The notes: generated from the letters alone by a model not told the origin. A DNA stretch of 64,000 nt from an uncultured delta proteobacterium (GCA_963754925.1 CAVWHX010000003.1:224001-288000), one strand, 5' to 3'. Counted from the first letter of the stretch, positions 31,622 to 42,267 are shown. Numbers and translations: made by a program.

Positions 31622-32095
31622 ATGGCCAATGTCAGTGCCCCGGGAGGACGCAGCGGCGGCGGGAAAAAGTCGGTCAATGTGGAATTCAATCTGGTTCCCT
31701 TTATTGACCTGCTGACCTGTTTGATCTGTTTTTTGCTCATGGCCGCGGTTTGGATTCAGATCGGCAAGATCTCGGTCACCCAGTCCGGTCAAGGCCCCAA
31801 CACTGAACAGAACATGGATCAAAAAGAACAGGTTAACCTCACTATTGCGATCACCCCGCAAGGATATCTTATCACCGAAAACGGGCAGAAAGTCTTCGAC
31901 GTTCTTAAAAAAGACGACAAATACGATCTCGGCACCCTTGGCAGTAAACTGGGCGAACTGCACAACAATTACCAAGACAAGAAGGACATCGTGGTAATGA
32001 GCGAGGACACTATCCGCTACGAAGAACTCATCAATGTCATGGACGTGTGCCTCGCCAATGATTTCCCGAATATTTCGGTGTCGGGTACTATTTAG
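31622..32095 (+). CDS. ExbD/TolR protein (AglQ-like)
   Basis: NLVPFIDLL TM segment; YEELINVMD. Confidence 0.9.
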   Translation: MANVSAPGGRSGGGKKSVNVEFNLVPFIDLLTCLICFLLMAAVWIQIGKISVTQSGQGPNTEQNMDQKEQVNLTIAITPQGYLITENGQKVFDVLKKDDKYDLGTLGSKLGELHNNYQDKKDIVVMSEDTIRYEELINVMDVCLANDFPNISVSGTI

Positions 32096-32111
32096 CAGTT
32101 AGGAAACTATT

Positions 32112-32663
32112 ATGCCTATTAAAAAACCAGGTCCGCGATTATTCCGAAGCGTTCGCCTTAAGACCGCCAAAAAGCAGCTTACCAAGAAGTCGGGCGCCGT
32201 GTATGACGTATCGTTAAACCTTACCCCCATGATCGACATGTTCGTCGTGCTGGTCATCTTTCTGTTGATGACCTTCTCGACCTCGGGCGAAATCCTCTTC
32301 TACCAAAAAACCGTCGAACTTCCTCAAGCCAGGAAGACCGAACCGCTCGAACAAGCCCCGGTGGTGATCATTGATAGCGGCCAGGTGGTTCTTGGGAAGT
32401 TCAATGTCGGCCGGGTCGCCGAAATCGCCGACGATGAGAATTTTGAAATTGCCGATCTCTCCGAAAAGCTCAACGAGCTTAAAAAAGTATTCTCGCAGGT
32501 CCATGGCAATGCAGAGTTTCCCGGCAAGGTCATCATCCAGGCCGACCGACAGATATCGTTTCGGGTACTTAAAAAGGTAATGTATACCTGCACATCGGCA
32601 GGCTATAGCAATATCAATTTCGCGGTGTTGCCGAAGACTTCCCGAGAAGCCAGCAAGACGTAA
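32112..32663 (+). CDS. ExbD/TolR protein (AglS-like)
   Basis: NLTPMIDMF TM segment; IIQADR...KKVMYT. Confidence 0.9.
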   Translation: MPIKKPGPRLFRSVRLKTAKKQLTKKSGAVYDVSLNLTPMIDMFVVLVIFLLMTFSTSGEILFYQKTVELPQARKTEPLEQAPVVIIDSGQVVLGKFNVGRVAEIADDENFEIADLSEKLNELKKVFSQVHGNAEFPGKVIIQADRQISFRVLKKVMYTCTSAGYSNINFAVLPKTSREASKT

Positions 32664-32672
32664 TTCAGGTTG

Positions 32673-32860
32673 GTAGGGGCAGGGCTTGCCCTGCCCTCAT
32701 TATCGGATAAGGGCGCGGCAAGCACAGGCACCCCTTGGCGTGCTTTCCTGTCCACGGCAGAAAAGCGAGCTTAGGGGTACCTGCCCCTACGGGAAAACTG
32801 ATTCTTATCCCCACGGGGATAAGCGCCCGTAAGCCTCGCTTCGCTCGCTAACGGGCGCTT
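32673..32860. repeat. GTAG-type REP pair with nested hairpin, plus two further palindromes
   Basis: GTAGGGGCAG...CTGCCCCTAC (32673-32790); CTTATCCCC-AC-GGGGATAAG; AAGCGCCCGT/ACGGGCGCTT. Confidence 0.75.
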
Positions 32861-34085
32861 ACCTTTCCGGCCGGCGAAGGAATGTCGGCACATCGTATTC
32901 CTCCTCCTCCAATGCAAATACATTCTCCTTGGAAACAGGCGGTTGCGGATCGCGAATAGCCGTGGGCGGCCGCCCGGCCGGACGGGCTATCGGCACGCGC
33001 TCGGCCACCGGCGGCTGCGAAGCGAGTTCCGAAAGTCGGTGCGGCTTCCGAATCACCGTCGGTATATCGAGATTGCCGTTGAGTGCGGAGATTATGGCAC
33101 GCGGCCGTTCGCTGATGAGCTCGGATCGGCTCTCGAAACCGGTGGCGATCACCGTAATACGAATATCCTCACCAGCTTTCTCATCCACGACGGCTCCAAA
33201 GATAATGTTGGCGTCCTCATGCGCTTGTTCCTGAATAAAACAAGCGGCTTCGTTTACCTCGTACAGGCGCATACTCTTATTGCCGGTAATGTTGAGGAGA
33301 ATACCGGTGGCGCCGCGGATATTGACCTCCTCCAGCAAGGGGGAGTTGATCGCCTGGCGCGCAGCCTCGAGCGCCCGGTTCTGTCCACTGGCTCTTCCCG
33401 TGCCCATTAACGCCATGCCGTGGCTCTGCATGATCGTACGCACATCGGCAAAATCCACATTGATCATCCCGCGCACGACGACGAGATCGCTGATGCCCTG
33501 AACCGCGTTGTTAAGGATCAAATCAACCTTCGAAAAAGCGTCGAGCAAGGCCGTGTTCTCGCCAGCCAGTTCGATCAACTTCTCATTGGGAATGGTGATC
33601 AACGTGTCGACGGACTGCTTGAGTTCTTGGATACCCTGCTCCGCCTGACGCGCCCGGCGTCTGCCTTCAAAGTTAAACGGTCGCGTCACCACCCCCACCG
33701 TGAGGCAGCCCAACGATCGCGACACCTCTGAGATGACCGGCGCTGCGCCGGTGCCGGTGCCGCCACCCATGCCGGCGGTGATAAAAACCATGTCGGCACC
33801 ATCAAGAACCTTGGCGATGGTGTCGCGCGACTCCAGCGCCGCGTTGCGCCCGATCTCCGGATTCGCCCCGGCTCCCAAACCACGGGTTAGGTTTTCGCCA
33901 ATCTGGATCTTCAAGGTAGCCAGACTGCCCGAGAGCGCCTGGGAATCGGTGTTGACCGCGATAAATTCGACACCCTCCATGCCAGAGGCGATCATGGTAT
34001 TCAGGGCGTTGTTGCCGCCCCCGCCGATACCCACCACCCGAATCCGCGCTCCGTTCTCTGCACCTTCCTCCAGTAATTCAATCAT
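32859..34085 (-). CDS. ftsZ: Cell division protein FtsZ
   Basis: GGGGNN, GMGGGTGTG and NVDFAD motifs; C-terminal DVPTFLR. Confidence 0.99.
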   Translation of the reverse strand: MIELLEEGAENGARIRVVGIGGGGNNALNTMIASGMEGVEFIAVNTDSQALSGSLATLKIQIGENLTRGLGAGANPEIGRNAALESRDTIAKVLDGADMVFITAGMGGGTGTGAAPVISEVSRSLGCLTVGVVTRPFNFEGRRRARQAEQGIQELKQSVDTLITIPNEKLIELAGENTALLDAFSKVDLILNNAVQGISDLVVVRGMINVDFADVRTIMQSHGMALMGTGRASGQNRALEAARQAINSPLLEEVNIRGATGILLNITGNKSMRLYEVNEAACFIQEQAHEDANIIFGAVVDEKAGEDIRITVIATGFESRSELISERPRAIISALNGNLDIPTVIRKPHRLSELASQPPVAERVPIARPAGRPPTAIRDPQPPVSKENVFALEEEEYDVPTFLRRPER

Positions 34086-34183
34086 TACTCCCTCCTTCCG
34101 GCTAGCGCCCGCGCAGGGGCAAAAGAAAACTGCTATACATTCTTCAGAACTGCGTTTCTGGTAAATATCGTGAGCACTCCGCC

Positions 34184-35413
34184 CTAAAAGAAATCGCGCA
34201 CCAAGATGCTCATGCGCTGCTTGATGCGTTGGTAGAGGTTCTTGTCGATGCGATTAGGAAAAAACCGATTGCCCAGATGCTCCCGCCCGTACAACACCAA
34301 CCCGACGCCGGTCGAATAGATCGGCGAGCGAACGACGTCGACCAACCCGCCGATTCGTTCCGGCACGCCGCGGCGCACCGGCATGCCCAATACATCCTCT
34401 GCCAGCTCGGTCATACCCTCCATGATCGTCGAGCCGCCGGTAATGACGGCGCCCGATGCAAGCAGCTCAGCATATCCGGCGCGCTGTGCCTCGCGCAGGA
34501 CTAAGCTAAAAATTTCCTCCACACGCGGCTCAACGATCTCCCCCAAGATCTGGCGCGAGAGGGTGCGGGTGCCGCGCCCACCTACCGACGGCACCTCGAT
34601 GGTTTCGTCCTTGCCGATGAGCGAAGCCAAAGCGCAACCGTGTTTTACCTTGAGTTTTTCAGCCTCGGGGACCGGGGTGCGCAGGCCCAAGGCCACATCG
34701 TTGGTGATCTGGTTGCCACCCAGCGACAGCACCGCCGTGTGCACGATACTGCCGCCGCTAAAGATAGCCAGGTCGGTGGTGCCGCCGCCGATGTCAACCA
34801 GCGCCACGCCTAAGTCTTTTTCATCGTCGTTGAGCACCGCCATGGCCGAGGCGAGCGGTTGCAGGACGATATCAGCCACATCCAATCCCGTGCGATTAGC
34901 GCACTTGATCAGGTTCTGGGCCGACGAGCAGGCGGCGGTCACCAGGTGCACTTTGGCCTCGAGACGCACGCCGCTCATTCCCAGCGGCTCCTTGATGCCG
35001 TCTTGGTTGTCTATAATGTAATCCTGAGGCAACACGTGGATCACTTCGCGGTCGAGCGGAATCACCATGGCCCGCGCGGCATCAATCACCCGATTGATAT
35101 CGTTCGGCGTCACCTCTTTGTCCTTGACCGCCACAATGCCGTGCGAGTTGACGCCCTTGATGTGAGCGCCGGCGATGCCGACATAGGCGCTCTTGATCTC
35201 ACAACCGGCCATCATCTCGGCTTCTTCCAAGGCGCGCTTGATTGAACTAACGGTGCTTTCAATGTTGACCACGACGCCTTTCTTCAATCCGTGGGAGGGC
35301 GAGGTGCCAATCCCAACGATATCAACCCCATCCTGCTGGATTTCACCGACAATGGCGCAAATTTTGGTTGTGCCAATGTCCAGCCCGACCACCAATTCAT
35401 TGCCTTTTGCCAT
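34184..35413 (-). CDS. ftsA: Cell division protein FtsA
   Basis: GLDIGTTKI and DIGGGTTD motifs; dcw context. Confidence 0.98.
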   Translation of the reverse strand: MAKGNELVVGLDIGTTKICAIVGEIQQDGVDIVGIGTSPSHGLKKGVVVNIESTVSSIKRALEEAEMMAGCEIKSAYVGIAGAHIKGVNSHGIVAVKDKEVTPNDINRVIDAARAMVIPLDREVIHVLPQDYIIDNQDGIKEPLGMSGVRLEAKVHLVTAACSSAQNLIKCANRTGLDVADIVLQPLASAMAVLNDDEKDLGVALVDIGGGTTDLAIFSGGSIVHTAVLSLGGNQITNDVALGLRTPVPEAEKLKVKHGCALASLIGKDETIEVPSVGGRGTRTLSRQILGEIVEPRVEEIFSLVLREAQRAGYAELLASGAVITGGSTIMEGMTELAEDVLGMPVRRGVPERIGGLVDVVRSPIYSTGVGLVLYGREHLGNRFFPNRIDKNLYQRIKQRMSILVRDFF

Positions 35414-35436
35414 GGGTTACCTCACCTCGCTTGAGT

Positions 35437-36297
35437 TCAAAAAACCAGTTTGGATTTAGTTTCGTTGCTCTGCTCAGGCGATGCATCCAACCGCACCGTC
35501 GCCCATTCCGGGTGCGTGGCATGGTCCAGCAGCACCACGTGGGCCTTGAGGTTACGCTCGCTCAATTCTTTCAGCACCCGGCATACCAGCCCGAAGCGGT
35601 CCTCCGGGCGCTGCACGCCGAGACGAAAAGACACTGCCTTGGGATCAAGCACCACGGTTGTTCCGAGGATTTCATCGAGCTGTACCTCTGCGATCTGGCT
35701 GTCCTTGAGACACGGTACCGTCGCCGCCGTCTCTATAAGTTGGATTGCCGTGCGCAATTGTGCGTGGGCGCGGGCCGGATCGCTGCGGAACTGCTCTCGA
35801 CTGATACCGGTCACTACGGGTACATCAACCAGCTCTCCGGGCATCGCTCGCTTAAAGATCTCACCCTCGCTATCGGCGAAGTACAGCCCTTCGAGACTCA
35901 CAAGCGCCACCGGTTTGTATTCCTCGATCTCAACCACCAGTCGATCCGGCACCACCCGTTGGATGTGCGCACGCCGGATCCAGGCTTGCTCCCGCAACCG
36001 ACGTTCAATCGCCGGAAGGTCGAGCGCGAAAATGTTTTGGCCTTCTTCGAGCCCGGCAATTTCCAGAATCTCCGCAACGCTGAGCTGCGCCGCGCCGCGT
36101 ACCTCTATGCAGCGCACCGCGAGCATTTGCGACGTCTGAAAAAACCGATAGAGCCCGCTGGCGGAAAGACCCAACCCCACCCCGAGACCCGCCAGCAACA
36201 CTACGCGGCCAGGCCAAAAAACAAAGCGCCGCATGAAGCGACGACGCGTAGCGATCCGTTCCTCGGATGATTTCAATTTGCGGTTTGGGCGCACCAT
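35437..36297 (-). CDS. ftsQ: Cell division protein FtsQ/DivIB
   Basis: TM followed by POTRA-like region (IEVRG...WI......R..PD.L); position in cluster. Confidence 0.9.
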   Translation of the reverse strand: MVRPNRKLKSSEERIATRRRFMRRFVFWPGRVVLLAGLGVGLGLSASGLYRFFQTSQMLAVRCIEVRGAAQLSVAEILEIAGLEEGQNIFALDLPAIERRLREQAWIRRAHIQRVVPDRLVVEIEEYKPVALVSLEGLYFADSEGEIFKRAMPGELVDVPVVTGISREQFRSDPARAHAQLRTAIQLIETAATVPCLKDSQIAEVQLDEILGTTVVLDPKAVSFRLGVQRPEDRFGLVCRVLKELSERNLKAHVVLLDHATHPEWATVRLDASPEQSNETKSKLVF

Positions 36298-36309
36298 GGC
36301 CTAACCTCG

Positions 36310-37227
36310 TTATGCTTTAAGCGCAGCCGTCAGCAATATCCGTTCGGCGAGCTCTTCAAACGACATGCCGACGCCAGCGGCTATCATCGGAACCAAGCTG
36401 TGCGCGGTCATGCCCGGCAGCGCGTTCACTTCGAGCACAAAAAACTCGCCTTGCGAGAAGATCAAGTCCACGCGCGTGACGCCCTGGCAGCCCAGCGCGC
36501 GGTGTGTTCCGAGACCTACCGCCAGAGCGCGGCGGGTCTCGTCCTTGCTCAGCGGCGCTGGAAAAACATAGCGGGTGCCGCTATCACTACGGTATTTGGC
36601 CCGATAGTTGTAAAAATCCTCGGCCGGGATGATCTCGATCGCGCCCAGCGCTCGATCATCAAGTATCGCCACTTGGATCTCGCGTCCCTTGATGTAGCGC
36701 TCGATCACGATGTCACCGGCATACATGGCCGCTTCGGCGATGGCCTGGCGAAGGGCGGCCTCGTCCCGAGCGATGTTGACGCCGACGCTCGATCCTTCGC
36801 GGCCCGGTTTCACCACCACCGGCAAGGGAAAGGGCAGATCAGCCGACGAGTAGCTCGGCGCCGCGGTTTTAAGCAACACCACGTCCTCCGCAAGCACAAG
36901 CCCAGCCGCGCGAAACAGTTTTTTTGCCACCACCTTATCCATGGACAAAGCGCTTGCCAACACCCCGCTGCCCGTGTACGGAATGCGCATGACCTCAAGC
37001 AACCCTTGGACACAACCGTCTTCACCATAGCGGCCATGCAAAGCTATAAAAGCGACCTCGATCTGCTCGCGGCGCAGCCGTTGCGGCAGTTCGTGGTCCA
37101 CCTCGATCTCGATCACGTGGTAGCCCCGGCCGCGCAAGCCGTTCGCCACCATCGCCCCGGTCTCAAGAGAGACCTCGTGTTCGGCGTTGTGCCCGCCCTT
37201 CAAGACACCGATACGCCTATCTTTCAT
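36310..37227 (-). CDS. ddl: D-alanine--D-alanine ligase
   Basis: EHEVSL, LHGRYGEDG, GSSVG and EVNALPGMT motifs. Confidence 0.97.
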   Translation of the reverse strand: MKDRRIGVLKGGHNAEHEVSLETGAMVANGLRGRGYHVIEIEVDHELPQRLRREQIEVAFIALHGRYGEDGCVQGLLEVMRIPYTGSGVLASALSMDKVVAKKLFRAAGLVLAEDVVLLKTAAPSYSSADLPFPLPVVVKPGREGSSVGVNIARDEAALRQAIAEAAMYAGDIVIERYIKGREIQVAILDDRALGAIEIIPAEDFYNYRAKYRSDSGTRYVFPAPLSKDETRRALAVGLGTHRALGCQGVTRVDLIFSQGEFFVLEVNALPGMTAHSLVPMIAAGVGMSFEELAERILLTAALKA

Positions 37228-38624
37228 GTCGTTCCCCCTGACCGATTGCCGCCACCAGAACGCCGATCGAGAAATTCCTTCCCTACTTTCCAGACATCGC
37301 CGGCGCCCTGTGTGATAACCAGGTCGCCGGACCGGGTGTTTTCGAGAAGCCAGTTCACGACCTGCGGCCGATCCGGGATGAAGGTTGCGTTAGGATGTCC
37401 GTGATCACGGATACCAACAAACAACCGGTAACCGGACACGTTTGGAATCGGCTGCTCGGAAGCGGCATAGATATCCATCACCACCACCTGATTGGCGTAA
37501 TCGAAGGCGGTAAAAAACTCCTTCTCGAGATCGCGTGTGCGGGTGAAGCGATGCGGCTGGAAGACTACCACCAGACGCCGTTTTAGAGCCTGGTGCGCCG
37601 CCTCCAACGTCGCTTTGATCTCAGTCGGGTGATGACCGTAGTCGTCAATGACCGTGATCCCATCGATTTCGCCGCGAATCGTAAAGCGCCGCTCGACCCC
37701 CTGGAAATCGTCAAAGGCGCTCTTGACATCGGCGAAGCTCACGCCGATTTCGTCGGCAATCGCAATCACTCCCAGAGCGTTTTGCACATTGTGGCGCCCG
37801 ATCATTCTCAGTCGCAGCCTCCCTACGGATTGGCCTCGGCGCAGGAGATCGAAGCTCACTTCGGCGGCGCCAAACGTAAGCTGCTCGGCCCGGTACTCGG
37901 CCGGCGCGGCGATGCCGTAGGTAATGACCCGCTTTTCGATGCGCGGCAAAATCTCTCGGACATTGCGATTATCCAGGCAGGCAGCCACTAATCCGTAGAA
38001 GGGCACCTGATTGGCGAATTGGACGAAAGCATCCTTGATTCGCTCGACGGTGCCGAAGTGATCGAGGTGCTCGGGATCGATGTTGGTAATGATGGCGTAC
38101 GTTGGTCTGAGTTTCAAGAACGAGCCGTCGCTTTCATCGGCCTCGGCCACCAGAAATTCTCCCTGGCCCAAGCGAGCGTTGCTGCCCAGGCTATTGACCC
38201 GGCCGCCGATGACCAGCGTCGGATCGTACCCGGCCCGCGCGAGCACCGCCCCTAACAATGAGGTCGTCGTCGTTTTGCCATGCGCCCCGGCCACGGCGAT
38301 GCCGCGTTTTAAGCGCATCAGCTCCGCGAGCATTTCGGCGCGCGGGATGACCGGCACCCCGCGGCGTCGGGCCGCCACGACCTCTGGATTATCGGGCTGG
38401 ATGGCACTCGAAACCACCACGACGTCGGCCTCTTTGAGATTGCCCTCAGCATGCCCACGGGCGATGCGGGCACCGAGTTTCTCTAAGCGGCTGGTGACCT
38501 CGTTCTCGGCGAGATCCGAGCCGCTCACGTGGTAGTTGAGATTAAGGAGCACCTCGGCAATCCCGCTCATGCCGATACCGCCGATACCGACAAAATGCAC
38601 ACGGCAGGTGCGTGGGATGTGCAT
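37224..38624 (-). CDS. murC: UDP-N-acetylmuramate--L-alanine ligase
   Basis: GIGGIGMSG, HGKTTT, EADESD, DDYGHHPTE and FQPHR motifs. Confidence 0.98.
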   Translation of the reverse strand: MHIPRTCRVHFVGIGGIGMSGIAEVLLNLNYHVSGSDLAENEVTSRLEKLGARIARGHAEGNLKEADVVVVSSAIQPDNPEVVAARRRGVPVIPRAEMLAELMRLKRGIAVAGAHGKTTTTSLLGAVLARAGYDPTLVIGGRVNSLGSNARLGQGEFLVAEADESDGSFLKLRPTYAIITNIDPEHLDHFGTVERIKDAFVQFANQVPFYGLVAACLDNRNVREILPRIEKRVITYGIAAPAEYRAEQLTFGAAEVSFDLLRRGQSVGRLRLRMIGRHNVQNALGVIAIADEIGVSFADVKSAFDDFQGVERRFTIRGEIDGITVIDDYGHHPTEIKATLEAAHQALKRRLVVVFQPHRFTRTRDLEKEFFTAFDYANQVVVMDIYAASEQPIPNVSGYRLFVGIRDHGHPNATFIPDRPQVVNWLLENTRSGDLVITQGAGDVWKVGKEFLDRRSGGGNRSGGTT

Positions 38625-39730
38625 TATCCCCGCTCCTTTCCGCGCCAGGGACTTTGTGCCGCAAGCTCCACGATCACGGTGCCGATCTGACGCGCTGCAT
38701 CAGGCCGGCCCAATCGGCTGGCCGTTTGTTCCATGGCCGCTCGCCGGGTTGTGTCCCGGAGAAGGTCAAGCAGGCAATCGGCCAGCTTCGCTGGCGTGAG
38801 TTCCGACTCGCGAAGCATTATCGCGGCCCCGGCTTGGGCCAGCGCCCGCGCATTGGCCTCCTGGTGATTGTCCGCCGCCCGGGCGAACGGCACCAAAATC
38901 GCCGCTTTCCCGCAGAGCGTCAATTCCGCCACCGACGTTGCCCCCGCACGGCATACCACGACATCCGCGCGGCGATACGCAGCCGCCATATCATCGATAA
39001 ACGGCAGCACCGTTGCCGTGACGCCGTACCCCTGATAACACTGTTGCACCTGAAGAACCTCGCGCGCGCCGCTCTGATGAACCACCTGCAGATCGGGCAT
39101 GCGTTGATGCGCCACCCGCACCGCCTCAGGAACCACGCGGTTGAGCACGCTGGCGCCTTGTGACCCGCCAAAGATTAACAGTTGCGATCCCGGTTCCCGC
39201 TCGCCCTCGGCGCGCGAGCTTTTCAGCAAACTCCGACGCACCGGGTTGCCGGTGACCACGGTCCGGCGCGGAGAGAAGAATCGTGTGGATTCGGGAAAGG
39301 ATACGAACGCTCGCCAGGCAAGCCTGCCCAACACCTTGTTGGTCAAACCCGGAACGGCATTTTGTTCCATTATGGCCGTTGGCACGCGCAACCAGGTGGC
39401 CGCCAGCAGCACCGGACCCGAGGCATAGCCACCCACCCCCACCACGACATCAGGAGAGAAGCGTTTGAGAATACGGCGCGACTGGAGGAACGCTCGGGGG
39501 AGCCTGGACAACCCAACCACCCAACCGGTTAGACCCATGCCCTTCATTCCGCCGACGTCGATCAATTCGAGTGCGAAGCCGGCCCGAGGCACGGCGTCGC
39601 TCTCGACCCCCCGACGGGTGCCAACAAACAATAGTTGATGTCCGACATCGCGGGAAAGCAGCTCCTCGGCCACGGCAATGCCGGGAAAGACATGACCACC
39701 GGTACCGCCTCCCGCAATCAATACGCGCAT
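38624..39730 (-). CDS. murG: MurG glycosyltransferase
   Basis: GGGTGGH, GGY, EQN, GNPVR and GGSQGA motifs. Confidence 0.97.
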   Translation of the reverse strand: MRVLIAGGGTGGHVFPGIAVAEELLSRDVGHQLLFVGTRRGVESDAVPRAGFALELIDVGGMKGMGLTGWVVGLSRLPRAFLQSRRILKRFSPDVVVGVGGYASGPVLLAATWLRVPTAIMEQNAVPGLTNKVLGRLAWRAFVSFPESTRFFSPRRTVVTGNPVRRSLLKSSRAEGEREPGSQLLIFGGSQGASVLNRVVPEAVRVAHQRMPDLQVVHQSGAREVLQVQQCYQGYGVTATVLPFIDDMAAAYRRADVVVCRAGATSVAELTLCGKAAILVPFARAADNHQEANARALAQAGAAIMLRESELTPAKLADCLLDLLRDTTRRAAMEQTASRLGRPDAARQIGTVIVELAAQSPWRGKERG

Positions 39731-39742
39731 CCGCACCTCGTC

Positions 39743-40888
39743 CTATTCATTGAAACAAGGCCGCGTGACCTTTGGGTCGCGGGCGCTTGCCTCAACCATT
39801 CCGTGCGCAGAGACATCCAGCACGATGCCGAGCGCAAACATCATGCAGATTAACGAACTGCCCCCATAACTGAGCAAGGGCAGGGTCAAACCTTTGGTGG
39901 GCAGTAACCCGGTCACCACCCCAATGTTGACCAGCGTCTGCAATCCAATCAATAGTGAGAAACCAAACGCCAACAACGTGCCAAAGACATCCGGCGCCCG
40001 CACCGCGGCCCGCAGCCCGCGCCAGACCACCAGGCCGTAAAGCGCCACGATCGTGAGGGCTCCCAACAAACCCAGCTCCTCGCCAATGATCGAAAAAATG
40101 AAGTCGGTATGCGCGGCCGGCAGAAAGAAGAGCTTGTGTTTGCTCTCGCCGAGACCCACGCCCAGCACCCCACCCGAGCCAAAACTCATTAGACTCTCGC
40201 TGATCTGGTAACCGATATCGAATCGATGCGACCACGGATCGAGAAACGCGAGCAGCCGTCGCAGGCGATAGGGAGAGCCGACAATCAACAGGTAGGCCAT
40301 GGGGAGGGAGGCCAAGGCGGTCGCCACGATATAACTCACCCGTGTTCCGGCTAAAAACAGCATGAAGAAAAGGATCAGGGTCAGCGTGGCCGCAGTGCCA
40401 AAGTCGGGCTGCGCCAAGAGCAGCAGGACCAAGACACCGCAGATCATGAGGTGTGGTAAGCACCCGGTCGAGAACGCCTTGATCTTATCTTGTTTACGGG
40501 TCAGCGAGTACGCCAAATAAATCACCACCGTGATTTTAGCCAGCTCGCCGGGCTGTATGCTCACCCAACCCAGACGCAACCAGCGCGCGGAACCGCTGGC
40601 GGTGGTTCCCAGTCCGGGCAGGAGCACCATACCCAACATCACCGCCGTCACCAGTAACAGGGGATATGCAAGCTTGGTGAGGCGTTGGTAACCGAACGAA
40701 GCCCCAAACCACAGCGCTGCCAAGCCAAGGGCAGCGTGAACCAATTGCCGCTTGAAGAAAAACAAAGCGTCCTGGGTCTGATCCTGGGCAAAAACCGCAC
40801 TGGCGCTGTAAACCATTACCAGCCCAAACCCCGTCAGGCAGAGCACGGCCCCTAACAAAATGGGGTCTAGTTTGGCCGGTTGGTTCAT
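39743..40888 (-). CDS. ftsW: Peptidoglycan polymerase FtsW
   Basis: MVYSAS, QPGE, QPDFG, HTDFIF and SYGGSS motifs. Confidence 0.97.
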   Translation of the reverse strand: MNQPAKLDPILLGAVLCLTGFGLVMVYSASAVFAQDQTQDALFFFKRQLVHAALGLAALWFGASFGYQRLTKLAYPLLLVTAVMLGMVLLPGLGTTASGSARWLRLGWVSIQPGELAKITVVIYLAYSLTRKQDKIKAFSTGCLPHLMICGVLVLLLLAQPDFGTAATLTLILFFMLFLAGTRVSYIVATALASLPMAYLLIVGSPYRLRRLLAFLDPWSHRFDIGYQISESLMSFGSGGVLGVGLGESKHKLFFLPAAHTDFIFSIIGEELGLLGALTIVALYGLVVWRGLRAAVRAPDVFGTLLAFGFSLLIGLQTLVNIGVVTGLLPTKGLTLPLLSYGGSSLICMMFALGIVLDVSAHGMVEASARDPKVTRPCFNE

Positions 40889-42261
40889 CGTCCCCTCTCC
40901 ACCTGATGCACCAGTTGCATAAACACGTCGCCGCGCTGCTCGAAGTCGCGGAACTGGTCAAAACTGGCGCAGGCCGGGCTTAGCAAAACGACGTCACCTG
41001 GTTGCGCAAGTGTGGCCGCACGGGACACCGCCTCAGGCAAATCCTTGACGCGGTGCAGCATCGTACAACCATCCAGGTCGCGTGCCATGCGCTCTGCATC
41101 CTCGCCCAGGAGAATGAGATGCCTGACGTTGCGCGCGATGAGCTCGCGTAACGGCGTATAGGGCGCACCCTTCCCACGCCCGCCGGCGATGAGAACAATC
41201 GGTCCATCAAAGCTCTGAAGCGACTTCGCCGCGGCATCGATATTGGTGGCTTTTGAGTCGTTGACATACCGCACACCGTTTATCTCGGCCACCGGTTGCA
41301 GACGATGAGCAAGGCCCGGAAAGCTATCGAGTCCGGGCTGAATGAGATCTTCGCGTATGCCGGCGGCAACCACCGCCAATATCGCCGCCGCTGCGTTTTC
41401 GGCATTGTGCCCGCCTCTTAAGCGGTCGCCGGTCAGACGCAGCACCGCCCCCGAACCGGCCAGGTGGATCTCGCGTCCGTCGATTCGCGCCCCGGCTTTC
41501 GCCCGCTGCGGCTCCCGGCTGAATCCAACGATCCGACAGTGGAGGTCGTGCATGTTCCTGCGCACCATCTCATCATCAAGGAAAAAGATGCCGGTGTCGC
41601 CGGGCCCTTGGCCCTCAAACAAGCGCCGCTTGATCTTGGCATAGCGCTCAAGGCTGCCATGACGCTCGAGATGGTCGGGAGTGAGGTTGAGCCAGATCCC
41701 GATGCGCGGCGAAAAGTTCGAAGGCGCCGTGAGTTGTTCGAGTTGGTAGCTCGAGACCTCGACCACAGCCCAGTCAACCGGCTGATCGTCGAGCAACAGC
41801 TGGCAGAAGGGCGTTCCGAAATTACCGCCGATAAATACTCGTCGTCCCGCCGTCTCCAGCAGATGGGCGCACAGGGCAGCGGTCGTTGACTTGCCGTTCG
41901 TGCCGGTCACGGCCAGCATCGGCGCGCGATTGAGTCGGGCCGCGAGCTCGATCTCGCCGAGCAGCGGCAGACCGCGGCGGGATGCCTCGCTCGGCAGCGG
42001 GTTTTGGGGGGCCACGCCGGGGCTGAGAACGACGAGATCAACCTGGTCGAGCACATCCAGCCGCTCGCCGCCCACCTCGACGTGCACGCCGGCCGCCCGC
42101 AACTCCCGGGTTGCCGAAAGATCGTCGCGGCGATCGGTGCCGGTGACCGCGAAACCCATGCGAACCAACAGTTTTGCCGCGGCCACACCGCTTCGTGCAA
42201 GCCCGACGATCAGCACTCGTCGTCCAGCAGGCTTCGACAAAATTTGCGCAATTCGCTCCAT
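40885..42261 (-). CDS. murD: MurD ligase
   Basis: GLARSG, GTNGKST, EVSSYQL, NDSKATN and SPACASFD motifs. Confidence 0.97.
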   Translation of the reverse strand: MERIAQILSKPAGRRVLIVGLARSGVAAAKLLVRMGFAVTGTDRRDDLSATRELRAAGVHVEVGGERLDVLDQVDLVVLSPGVAPQNPLPSEASRRGLPLLGEIELAARLNRAPMLAVTGTNGKSTTAALCAHLLETAGRRVFIGGNFGTPFCQLLLDDQPVDWAVVEVSSYQLEQLTAPSNFSPRIGIWLNLTPDHLERHGSLERYAKIKRRLFEGQGPGDTGIFFLDDEMVRRNMHDLHCRIVGFSREPQRAKAGARIDGREIHLAGSGAVLRLTGDRLRGGHNAENAAAAILAVVAAGIREDLIQPGLDSFPGLAHRLQPVAEINGVRYVNDSKATNIDAAAKSLQSFDGPIVLIAGGRGKGAPYTPLRELIARNVRHLILLGEDAERMARDLDGCTMLHRVKDLPEAVSRAATLAQPGDVVLLSPACASFDQFRDFEQRGDVFMQLVHQVERGR

Positions 42262-42267
42262 ATCTTC

